Notes: generated by a model from the sequence alone, not told the origin. Counted from the first letter of the stretch, positions 50,167 to 59,175 are shown. The stretch is 64,000 bases of DNA from Candidatus Kapaibacterium sp. (GCA_963664875.1 OY761611.1:960001-1024000); one strand, 5' to 3'. A program made the numbers and translations.

Positions 50167-50301
50167 GTTGTACGATAAGCTAAAACATCCTCTTTAACGC
50201 AAATCTCAATTAAAACTCTAAAAACACTTGCATCTACTTTTCTTTGCCAAGAAGAGTTCAAATCCAAGACATAAGTAATACTTACATATTGAATCATTGA
50301 A

Positions 50302-50497
50302 GAGGCTGTCTCAGAAGTCTGAGTTTTGTCATGCTATTTAGTAAAGTAGAGGAAAAACAAACGTTATCTTTTCTTCTGCCGCAAGCTAAAGCATGCGGTT
50401 GCAATGAGTTACACAAGTGCAACCGACTGCTTTAGCTGTCGGTAAAACTTACAGACATCAAGAGAATGATGCACATTTTGACTTATAAGACAGCCTC
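50302..50497. mobile_element. Non-autonomous MITE-like element (196 bp) with 18-bp terminal inverted repeats
   Basis: Left end GAGGCTGTCTCAGAAGTC (50302-50319) and right end GACTTATAAGACAGCCTC (50480-50497) are 16/18 complementary; no ORF inside; no clear target duplication. Confidence 0.7.
50378..50443. repeat. Inverted pair of REP-like palindromes (REPIN-like)
   Basis: GCCGCAAGCTAAAGCATGCGGTTGCA (50378-50403) and TGCAACCGACTGCTTTAGCTGTCGGT (50418-50443); each forms its own imperfect hairpin with a TAAA/TTTA loop. Confidence 0.7.
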
Positions 50498-50624
50498 CCG
50501 GGAAAAAAAATAAAGACACATAGGCGAATTCTTATGCCGTTTCCGGGTTAAATTGTTTCAATAAGCAAAAAAAAAATGATAACTTGCAGGATTAAGTTAA
50601 TTTGTAAAATTATGAGATAGTATC

Positions 50625-53369
50625 ATGAAGAGAAAAATTTATTTTCTTTTGGTATTAGTATGTCTTATAGTCTCATCTATGCTTCTATTTGGAGGCGAAA
50701 GAGAATTTACATTTTCGGATGTGATGAGATTTCAAGGTATAACCTTACAAAAAATATCTGAAAACGGGAAATGGGTTTCTTATTGCACATACCCCGATAG
50801 AGGAAACACAACAGCTTATATCAAATCCACAATAACTGAAGATGAACATTTTGTAGAAAGAGGTACTTCTACTCTATTCTCTAATGATACAAAATGGGCA
50901 GCAATCCGCAAAAAACCGGATATAATCGAACAGCTAAATTCAGAAAAAGAGAAAGATAAACCCAAAAACAGTTTGACAATACTCAATCTCGAGACAGGAC
51001 TTCAAACAGACATAAAAGATGTCAACAAGTTTGAATTTACTGAAGACAGTCGCTGGATAGTCTATTATAACGAAATCGATCCGTTAAAACATAAAGAACT
51101 AAAAAGTAAAACTACCGGCAAACCTTTAGTGCTGAGACACTTAGTTTCCGGAACTGAGATTGTAATGGAAGATGTAATCGAATATGCTCTCGACAGCAAT
51201 TCAGCATATCTTGTTTATTCCGTATCCTCATCTGACAGCAACAAAGACGGTCTTTTTGCGAGAAATCTAAAAGAAGAATATGCACCTGTGAAAGCAATTA
51301 AGATTGAAAAAGACAATAAATTTTCCAATCTTGCCTGGAATAACAAACACAACATCTTAGCCTTTACCCAATCACCTCTAGACAACAAAGGAAAAATAAA
51401 ATACTCTGAAATGCTTATATGGGATGCGAATAAAAATGATATCTTTCCTGTATTTAATCAAGCAGCAGAAACCGGAGATTGGTTCTTACCGGAAAAAAAT
51501 ACATTAAAATGGACACAAGACGGTGAGCGACTCTTTTTTGGTCTCAAACCTAAATGGGAAAAGATTGAAGATGAAGACGAAGTCAAATATGACCAAAAAA
51601 ACTATCAAAACTTAGACACAATTCTTTCCAAATCAGAGATCGATGTTTGGCATTGGAACGACCCGAAAATCATGACAAACCAAAAAAATGAATGGAAAGA
51701 AGAGAAAGACAAAATTTATCTAAATTGCTACTTCCTCACTCCAAATAAGTATGTTCAGCTTGCAGATACATCATTGCCGGAAGTGAAATTTACCGATAAT
51801 CCAAACTATGCAATAGCTTACAATGCAAAACCTTATCACAAACTTATAACTTGGGATGGCTGGTATCAGGACATTTATGCAGTCGAGCTATTTACCGGTA
51901 AAAGATTTAAGATTTCTACAAAAAATATAACAAACGGCTACATTTCTCCAAATGGTAAATATATAGCTTACTATGAAAACGGAGATTGGTACCTTTACAA
52001 TACAATAAAACAAACCGCCGCCAATTTGACAAATAAAATTGATGTTAAGTTTTATGATGAAGATGATGACACTCCCGATGCTCCTCAACCATACGGAATC
52101 GCAGGTTGGTTTGAAAATGACGACGCACTGATGATATACGATAAGTATGACATTTGGAAATTTAACACCCTCATGCCGTCTAATTATTCTAACATCACTA
52201 ACGGCAAAGGAAGAGCTGACACATTAAGATTCCGAATTAAAAACTTATTGGGTAAAAGAGAATTCTATACATACGAGGACTCCCTCCTACTAGAAGGCTT
52301 CCACTATAAGCAGAAGTATCAGGCTATTTTTACTATGAAGTTTACTGATAGTGAAATTGCGTCTTTACTCAAAGAAAACAAAAAATACAGCATAATCGCA
52401 AAAGCTGAAAAAGCCGATAAAGTAATCATTTCGAGAGAGAGTTACGAGGAATTCCCTGATCTTTGGGTTACAAATTTCAAAATGGAATTGCCGCAAAAGA
52501 TTAGCAATGTCAATCCGGAATTATCCGAATACAAATGGGGTCATGCAGAGCTTACAGAATGGAAAAACGGACGAGGAGAAGATTTGCAGGGAATAGTACT
52601 TAAACCTGAAAATTATGACCCAAATAAAAAATATCCCGTATTGATTTATTTTTACGAAACATTCTCTGACAGAATGTATAATTTTACTTTGCCTCAAATA
52701 AACCACAGACCTTGCTTCCAGGTATATTTGAATGACGGATATGTAGTGCTGTTACCAGATATAAAATATGTAGCAGGCAACCCCGGTTTAGATGCCACTG
52801 ACGCATTAACAAAAGCTGCTCAGCATCTTATAGATAAAGGGATTGCAGATCCTAAGAGGATTGCAATCCAAGGACATTCTTGGGGTGGCTACGAAACAGC
52901 TTTTATGGTAACTGAAACAGATATGTTCGCAGCTGCTTCAGCCGGAGCGCCTGTTGGCAATATGACAAGTGCTTATAGTGGCATTAGATTGGAGTCTGGT
53001 TTAACCCGACAGTTCCAATATGAGATGCAACAAAGCAGAATAGGAGGCAATCTCTGGGACTCATTGGATAATTACTTGCGCAACTCACCGGTAATACAAG
53101 CTCCAAAGGCAAAAACGCCTTTACTGATAATGTTTGGTGATGTTGACGAAGCAGTGCCTTGGGAGCAAGGCATAGAGATTTACATGGCTTTTCGTAGATT
53201 GAATAAAAACTGTATTTTTCTACAATATAGAAATGAACCTCATCATCCGAGGAAATACCACAACAAGTTAGATTATGCAGTAAAAATGAAAGAATTTTTT
53301 GATCATTACTTATTAGGCAAGCCTGCTCCGGAGTGGATGACAAAAGGTGTGCCTTATCAAGGTAAATAA
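50625..53369 (+). CDS. S9 (prolyl oligopeptidase / acylaminoacyl peptidase) family serine peptidase
   Basis: Signal peptide, beta-propeller region, KKYPVLIYFYE, GHSWGGY nucleophile elbow, GDVDEAV, EPHH. Confidence 0.92.
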   Translation: MKRKIYFLLVLVCLIVSSMLLFGGEREFTFSDVMRFQGITLQKISENGKWVSYCTYPDRGNTTAYIKSTITEDEHFVERGTSTLFSNDTKWAAIRKKPDIIEQLNSEKEKDKPKNSLTILNLETGLQTDIKDVNKFEFTEDSRWIVYYNEIDPLKHKELKSKTTGKPLVLRHLVSGTEIVMEDVIEYALDSNSAYLVYSVSSSDSNKDGLFARNLKEEYAPVKAIKIEKDNKFSNLAWNNKHNILAFTQSPLDNKGKIKYSEMLIWDANKNDIFPVFNQAAETGDWFLPEKNTLKWTQDGERLFFGLKPKWEKIEDEDEVKYDQKNYQNLDTILSKSEIDVWHWNDPKIMTNQKNEWKEEKDKIYLNCYFLTPNKYVQLADTSLPEVKFTDNPNYAIAYNAKPYHKLITWDGWYQDIYAVELFTGKRFKISTKNITNGYISPNGKYIAYYENGDWYLYNTIKQTAANLTNKIDVKFYDEDDDTPDAPQPYGIAGWFENDDALMIYDKYDIWKFNTLMPSNYSNITNGKGRADTLRFRIKNLLGKREFYTYEDSLLLEGFHYKQKYQAIFTMKFTDSEIASLLKENKKYSIIAKAEKADKVIISRESYEEFPDLWVTNFKMELPQKISNVNPELSEYKWGHAELTEWKNGRGEDLQGIVLKPENYDPNKKYPVLIYFYETFSDRMYNFTLPQINHRPCFQVYLNDGYVVLLPDIKYVAGNPGLDATDALTKAAQHLIDKGIADPKRIAIQGHSWGGYETAFMVTETDMFAAASAGAPVGNMTSAYSGIRLESGLTRQFQYEMQQSRIGGNLWDSLDNYLRNSPVIQAPKAKTPLLIMFGDVDEAVPWEQGIEIYMAFRRLNKNCIFLQYRNEPHHPRKYHNKLDYAVKMKEFFDHYLLGKPAPEWMTKGVPYQGK

Positions 53370-53426
53370 GATTCCACCTGATTGATATTATTTTTCCTTA
53401 TCATAAGTAAAGCAATTAAACAGCTT

Positions 53427-53460
53427 AGCACAAAGTAGCCACCTACTTTGTGCTTTTTTT
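53427..53460 (+). terminator. Terminator after the S9 peptidase
   Basis: AGCACAAAGTAG-ccac-CTACTTTGTGCT plus T-run. Confidence 0.85.
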
Positions 53461-53529
53461 ATAAATATATTTCTCTGTTTAGAAAATATTAATTATATTA
53501 TCTAAACATTTAAACTCAAAGATATTTGC

Positions 53530-54891
53530 ATGTTGAAAACGGGTATCGTATTTTTCTTTCTTTTGTATTGTAGTGCTGCTTCATCAGAAGCAGTAGATTC
53601 TCTATTGTCTTTATCCGAAAAATATCAAAATATCAACCTCGATTCTGCAGTTAGCTATGCTTTAAAAGCAAAAGAGTTGGCTAATAAGTCTAAAAGTAGA
53701 TTAGCAGAAGCGGATGCAATAGACAAATTAGCAAGAACGTTCGCTTTGAAAGGTGATATAGTTTACTTCAAAGAACTTTCTAATCATGCATTATACCTTT
53801 GCGAGAAATACGATCTGGAAGAAAAGAGAATTGATATACTTTTCAATATATCGTACCTATACAGAGACTTATTTCTGACAAGCGACGCAATTAACAACAT
53901 CCAGTTAGCAACTGATGAAATAATTAGGCTCCCCAAAAATATCCAAAGGAAATTTTATCCTGTTATGTATTCTGCTCTTGGCTATTTACTCTATTTTGAG
54001 CTAAAGGACAGTATAGTATCTCTTGAGTATTTGCACAAAGCACAAAATGCATATCTTAATCAAAATGATACAGTATCAGCAAGCAGACTATACTTAAATA
54101 TGGGTGAAATTTTTAGGATGAACGGTCAAAGCGACAAAGCTGCTAATTACTATGAAAAAGCACGACAATCAACTAACGAAAGCATAAATACCGACTTAAT
54201 AGGAGTGTATTACAGACTAAGATCAGCTTTGTATTTGGACAAGGAAAACATGGCTACTGCCTTGCAATATCTAAGAAAATCAGAGTCAGTCTTTTTGTCC
54301 TTGAATAATAACAAGCAACTATCTGATATTTACAGCATGTTCGCTTACGCGTATTCTTTGATAAATGAAGATAGACAAAGTTTAGAATATAATATTAAAT
54401 CATTATACTATAGAGAAATCTTGGGAAACAAGTCATTAACTTCAAGCTCATTGATAAATATTGCAAATAGCTATCTCAGGCTTCAGATGATAGACAGTGC
54501 CTTATTTTACTCTGATTCGGCGTACAAGCTAAGCAAAAAAATAGGTCATAAGTTCTATATTTCAAAATCGCTACTCCAACTTAGTAACATATACAAGGCT
54601 AAAAAGCAATATGAACCAGCTTTAGACTATTTAAAAGAATACACCCTTGTACAAGACACTTTGGAATTAGAAAAAGGAGATGTATATAGTATTTTAGAAA
54701 ATAAAATCAAGTATAGCCAAATTGAAAAAGAATTCGAAAAAGCAATTGAGGACAATGAGCTGATAAAAAGAATACAGACTTTACAAATAGGAATTACTAT
54801 TGTATCGACTATCTGCATACTTCTACTTTTCTATCTTTTTATTACAAAATATAGACATTCCAAAAAACTTAGCCAATCAAATAAACGTTAA
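53530..54891 (+). CDS. Periplasmic TPR protein with C-terminal TM helix (paralog 1)
   Basis: Signal peptide, multiple TPR units, C-terminal TM IGITIVSTICILLLFYLFI, short basic tail. Confidence 0.85.
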   Translation: MLKTGIVFFFLLYCSAASSEAVDSLLSLSEKYQNINLDSAVSYALKAKELANKSKSRLAEADAIDKLARTFALKGDIVYFKELSNHALYLCEKYDLEEKRIDILFNISYLYRDLFLTSDAINNIQLATDEIIRLPKNIQRKFYPVMYSALGYLLYFELKDSIVSLEYLHKAQNAYLNQNDTVSASRLYLNMGEIFRMNGQSDKAANYYEKARQSTNESINTDLIGVYYRLRSALYLDKENMATALQYLRKSESVFLSLNNNKQLSDIYSMFAYAYSLINEDRQSLEYNIKSLYYREILGNKSLTSSSLINIANSYLRLQMIDSALFYSDSAYKLSKKIGHKFYISKSLLQLSNIYKAKKQYEPALDYLKEYTLVQDTLELEKGDVYSILENKIKYSQIEKEFEKAIEDNELIKRIQTLQIGITIVSTICILLLFYLFITKYRHSKKLSQSNKR

Positions 54892-54993
54892 ATCAGAAAT
54901 AGACTTACCGTTTTTTACTGAAACATTAATAGCAAATATTACCGAAAAAGTATATATTGCATCCTTTCAAATCAATTTGTAGAATCCGAAAGT

Positions 54994-56382
54994 TTGAAGT
55001 TAAGTATCCCCATATTGGTAATACTCGCAACTGTGCTCGTCATAGCTCTTACAGGGCAAAATCCCGGAAAGATTGCGAAACCTGAAATATCTATTAAAGT
55101 TGAGAGCTTATTAGATAGTGCAGAGTTTTATACACATAAGTGTTTAGATACAGCGGTTGATTTTGCACTTTCCGCGCGTGAGATAGCTTCAAAACATAAT
55201 TACACTGAAGGCGAAGTAAAAGGTTTAGCCAAAGCTGCTTTCATTTTAACATTCAAAGGCGAACCTGTCAAGATGCAGGAAATCTATAATCAGGCTATTT
55301 ATATTGGTCAAAATTTGACAGATAAATCAGCTTTGATTGACGCATATTTTAAAATGGGAGTCAGCTATAGAAGCCTTCATCAATTCGACAAATCTTACTA
55401 TTACTATCAGCAGGGTATGGATTTAATATTTGCAGATTTAGATAATCAAACTGACGAAACCATGGCATCTATGTATGAGCAATTAGGATATTTGTTGTTT
55501 AGAGAATTGAACGACAGTACGGTATCAATTAACTTTATGCACAAATCAAAAGACCTTTTCCTTAAAATTGGTGATACTACTAATTATCTTGATTGCTACA
55601 ACAAAATTGGCGACATCTACAGGTATAATAGAAACAATCCTTTGACACGGCATTATTTTGATTCTACAAAATTTCTTTTAAATAAACACTATGTAAAATC
55701 TGTTGATGCTACATACAACAAATTGATGGCTGCTTGGCTTTTTGATTCAAAAAATTTAGCACAGGGTCTTGAGTATCTAAAAAAAGCTGAAGAATTATTC
55801 TTCGAAATTAGAGATTTAAAAGAGCTAGCAGATGTATATACAATGTTTGCGTTTGTTGCTTCAAATATGAATGAAATTGACAAATGCCTTGACTATAATT
55901 ATAAAGCTTTAGAGTTACGAGAACATATCGGGCATAGCTTTCTTATTTCGAGTAGTTTATTTAACTTAGCTAATAATTATTACAAATTAAATCTGTATCC
56001 AAAAGCATTCGATTTTGCTGAGAGAGCCCTTAAGCTCGCTTTGAATGCAGGTCATAATTTTTATAGTCACAAATATGCCCATTCTCTATACAGAATGCAC
56101 AAAGGCAACCAGGACTTCAACACTTCACTAATTTACCTAGAACTTGCTGATTCTTTATCATCTTTACTCCCACGTACAGACAATATTGGCAGCTCTAAAC
56201 TCATCGAAAATAAAATTAGACTACAAAACAGAGAACTTCTTGAAAGCAGTAAAGCTGAGATTAGTCACACCAAAACACAACTTGAATATAGTATTTATAT
56301 CTCATTATTGCTGCTTTTTGTAATAGTTATCTTTATCTTCTGGATTTTCAAACTCAAAATGTCTTATTCGGAGATAAAATAA
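54994..56382 (+). CDS. Periplasmic TPR protein with C-terminal TM helix (paralog 2)
   Basis: TTG start; same architecture and shared blocks with paralog 1 (LGYLL..EL.DS.VS, YN.K.L..RE..G....SSSL.N.AN.Y). Confidence 0.85.
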   Translation: MKLSIPILVILATVLVIALTGQNPGKIAKPEISIKVESLLDSAEFYTHKCLDTAVDFALSAREIASKHNYTEGEVKGLAKAAFILTFKGEPVKMQEIYNQAIYIGQNLTDKSALIDAYFKMGVSYRSLHQFDKSYYYYQQGMDLIFADLDNQTDETMASMYEQLGYLLFRELNDSTVSINFMHKSKDLFLKIGDTTNYLDCYNKIGDIYRYNRNNPLTRHYFDSTKFLLNKHYVKSVDATYNKLMAAWLFDSKNLAQGLEYLKKAEELFFEIRDLKELADVYTMFAFVASNMNEIDKCLDYNYKALELREHIGHSFLISSSLFNLANNYYKLNLYPKAFDFAERALKLALNAGHNFYSHKYAHSLYRMHKGNQDFNTSLIYLELADSLSSLLPRTDNIGSSKLIENKIRLQNRELLESSKAEISHTKTQLEYSIYISLLLLFVIVIFIFWIFKLKMSYSEIK

Positions 56383-56471
56383 AATACGACTGCAATCCTT
56401 AAAAGGAAATACAGTCGCAGTCATATATTGATTGTTCTATTGAACGTCTCTCTTTTTTCTCCACACAAAAT

Positions 56472-57023
56472 CTAAAGTATCACTAATAAGGCGATAATTG
56501 GTGTAAGAGTTCCAGCAGCAAGCAACCATTTACCCCTCCCGGATAAACTGTTTTTGCCTTTCATCATTGTAATACCGGTTATTGATATCACAATAAGTCC
56601 AACGGCAAAAATATCTGAAATTAAAGTCCAAAGTCCACCCGGATTGCGATGTAGCATATTTATCTCGAAAAACAAAGGCCGCCTTACAGCAATTTCGAGC
56701 TCTCCCTCTTGTTTTGATAGATTATAGAGCATAGATCCGTTTTTGAAATAAAGCTTTACTTTGCCTTGGCTAGCTATATCGTAAGACACAAAATTCTTAG
56801 CAAGTCCCTTTATTTCAAGCTGTTTTTCTATATTTGTAAATGTAATTGCCTCTGTATTTTCAGGAAGATTCAGGTTTATTTTCTCTTTTTTGACGACAAA
56901 ATCCGGATTCCAGTCATCTATATGATTTATTGCTATCCCGGAAAGTGCGTAAATTATTATCATTGCAAACAATATATAACCAAGATCTCTATGCAGATTT
57001 CTGCTCAATTTTACCCATCTCAT
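56472..57023 (-). CDS. PepSY-associated TM helix protein
   Basis: RNLHRDLGY, YALSGIAINH, NMLHRN, W..ISDIFA, ITGI. Confidence 0.88.
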   Translation of the reverse strand: MRWVKLSRNLHRDLGYILFAMIIIYALSGIAINHIDDWNPDFVVKKEKINLNLPENTEAITFTNIEKQLEIKGLAKNFVSYDIASQGKVKLYFKNGSMLYNLSKQEGELEIAVRRPLFFEINMLHRNPGGLWTLISDIFAVGLIVISITGITMMKGKNSLSGRGKWLLAAGTLTPIIALLVIL

Positions 57024-57024
57024 C

Positions 57025-57951
57025 TTATTGACCTTTCAGCAAATCGTTTGCATACTTATTGCTTACTTGAATTACCCAATCTTCCACATTATTATCCGGT
57101 AAAATTGAATCAGGAATGTATTTAACTTTATCAGGATTTTTAGATGCCTTGATACCGCCGCCAATTATTTTCATTTGGAACATCTCATCTACAGCGATCA
57201 AGACAGGAATTGTTATTGCCGTCTTGTCCTTAGCAAGAATATTATTTACTGCTTCAGTTGTTGGTTCTGTGCTGTACCGAACGATATGACCACACCATGC
57301 ATATTCTGTCTGGTCAATGTGTAATTCTGATTTGATTTCTGCTGCCATCTTTTTCATTAACTCGGTCCATTCTTCATCGAAGTTCTGCGAACCGTATGCA
57401 ATTAGTGCTACCCCCTCTTTACTAGGATTTACGGAAAGTTTTTTAACCCTGCTCACAAGATTTTTTCCTAATATATCCGGAAAGTCGAGAAGTGGAGTTA
57501 TTGTTACATTTGCATTTGCTTTGTAAACTTCGATTCCTTCCTGTTTCAATTTGTCTATTTCTTCAGCTTGGTTTTTCAAACCGCAAATTGTCGGAATATC
57601 TTCAAAGGAATGATTGGAAATTGTAAGAAGCACGGGAACGATGATTATATCCGTATATTTCTCTTTGTCAAACTCTTTCAGCCTTGAAGCTATACTCGGT
57701 TCAGTATATTCCATAAAAGCTGATTTGATGCCTGATATGTTTTGGTTTGCTAAAATTTGAGTACTGACTGAATCCTCAACACTCATCAGCATATTTCTCC
57801 ATGTTTCGGAATGAGAACCATGCGAAACAAGAAGCACACCGATTTTTTTTGAAGATTCCGGTTTTTCGTTTTCACTTTCTTTATTTTCCGGTGTGCATGA
57901 GAGAAGTAAAGACGTGATTAACACAAAAAGTAAAGATATTTTGTAATTCAC
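57025..57951 (-). CDS. CbiX/sirohydrochlorin-chelatase-like lipoprotein
   Basis: Lipobox LLLSC; GVLLVSHGS..W, AFMEYTEPSI, VPVLLTISNHSFEDIP; second half ALIAYGS, WCGH. Confidence 0.8.
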   Translation of the reverse strand: MNYKISLLFVLITSLLLSCTPENKESENEKPESSKKIGVLLVSHGSHSETWRNMLMSVEDSVSTQILANQNISGIKSAFMEYTEPSIASRLKEFDKEKYTDIIIVPVLLTISNHSFEDIPTICGLKNQAEEIDKLKQEGIEVYKANANVTITPLLDFPDILGKNLVSRVKKLSVNPSKEGVALIAYGSQNFDEEWTELMKKMAAEIKSELHIDQTEYAWCGHIVRYSTEPTTEAVNNILAKDKTAITIPVLIAVDEMFQMKIIGGGIKASKNPDKVKYIPDSILPDNNVEDWVIQVSNKYANDLLKGQ

Positions 57952-58114
57952 TGCCTAAATCCTTTCTTAAAAAAATGATTAATGGCAATATCTAAAATAT
58001 TTAGCGAAACTATTTGTCTCTTAGATATTGCATCTCAGCAATCGGGAAATGGAGCTGCTTGTTTCTCTTAATACCCGAACCACGAAAACACGGCGGCCCC
58101 ATTCCCTTTAGCTA

Positions 58115-58624
58115 TTATTTTATTTCTTCTGCAAATAATTTGCACCATTGGTCGATTCTACTATCTGTAAGTTCTGATTGATTATCTTCATCAAGTGCTA
58201 AACCTATGAACTTACCATCTCTTATAGCTTTTGATTCATCGAAGTTATATCCAACAGCTTCCCATCTTGCAATGAGCTCTGCTCCTGTATTTTCCAATGC
58301 TTCGTATAATATGCCTATTGCATCTACATAGTTATCAGAGTACATATCCTGATCTCCCATTCCTATGAAAGCAAGCTTTTTACCTTTTAACTTCAATGAA
58401 GGTAAATCATCTATTTTGTCTTCCCAGTCATCTTGTAACTGACCATCATACCATGTTGAGCTTGCAAGTATCAATGCATCGTATTGTTCCAATTCGGATA
58501 CATCAGATTGCCCGATATCTTTTAATTCTACGTTTAAGCTCATGCCTTGCAATGTCTCGGCTACATTTTTTGCAGCCAACTCTGTTGTTCCTCCTGAGGA
58601 ACCATAGAAAATACCGATATTCAT
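58115..58624 (-). CDS. fldA: Long-chain flavodoxin
   Basis: IFYGSSGGTT, STWYDGQLQDDW, GMGDQ..Y.DNYVDA, GLALDEDNQSELT..RI..W. Confidence 0.93.
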   Translation of the reverse strand: MNIGIFYGSSGGTTELAAKNVAETLQGMSLNVELKDIGQSDVSELEQYDALILASSTWYDGQLQDDWEDKIDDLPSLKLKGKKLAFIGMGDQDMYSDNYVDAIGILYEALENTGAELIARWEAVGYNFDESKAIRDGKFIGLALDEDNQSELTDSRIDQWCKLFAEEIK

Positions 58625-58635
58625 TGTTAATACCT

Positions 58636-58959
58636 TTATTGTGTTACATATTTTCGGCTCAGATAGCGCTTACACTGTTTTAATCTATCATAGCCTAACA
58701 TTATTCCTAAAATAAAATCCTCTTCGTGAGAAAAGTCTCTCAAGTTGGTTTTGTCAAATGATTTCACTACAGCAATACATTCTGAGTCTCCAAAAAATAT
58801 ATTTACTTTTGCTTCATGTACCTTTTGGATATGATATGAAATATTTCGACGCTCGAGAGTTTCTGTGGCAGCATCAAGAATGTCTGAGTGCATTGTGTGA
58901 AGGATAAGGTTGCGAAGACCTTTTTCGTATTCGTAGATGTGGTGATTAAAGACTTTCAT
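58636..58959 (-). CDS. DUF2023 family protein
   Basis: MKVFNHHIYEYEKGLRNLILHT, NIFFG, EEDFILGIMLGYD..KQC.RYL; ATG 58959 preferred. Confidence 0.85.
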   Translation of the reverse strand: MKVFNHHIYEYEKGLRNLILHTMHSDILDAATETLERRNISYHIQKVHEAKVNIFFGDSECIAVVKSFDKTNLRDFSHEEDFILGIMLGYDRLKQCKRYLSRKYVTQ

Positions 58960-59175
58960 TATATAACCTTTTCTAATACTCAACAATGGTAAACTTAATC
59001 AATAATATTATTCACTCCAAAATATTTTTATAGTCTTGCCTAATATTATTTTGAAATATTGTATTGTTTAAAGATTATAATTTATATTATATTTTAAATG
59101 GTATTACATTTTACTTCGTGTTGTTCATCCTTTAACTTGATTGTTTTTATATACTCCTAATAACTACTAAAAGCC

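Noticed and set aside
50302-50497. Intact IS, CRISPR repeat unit or tRNA-like element
   Set aside because: No transposase ORF, no direct repeat-spacer periodicity, no cloverleaf or T-loop consensus.
54800-54982. 60-aa ORF overlapping the end of TPR paralog 1 as a frameshifted kinase continuation
   Set aside because: No H-box or HisKA similarity; it is short and runs through the probable promoter of paralog 2.
58040-58112. Cobalamin riboswitch (minus strand begins AAAGGGAA, upstream of a CbiX-like gene)
   Set aside because: No B12 box, GCAACTGT or GCCACTG core, and it folds as a simple hairpin; kept only as an unexplained stem-loop.
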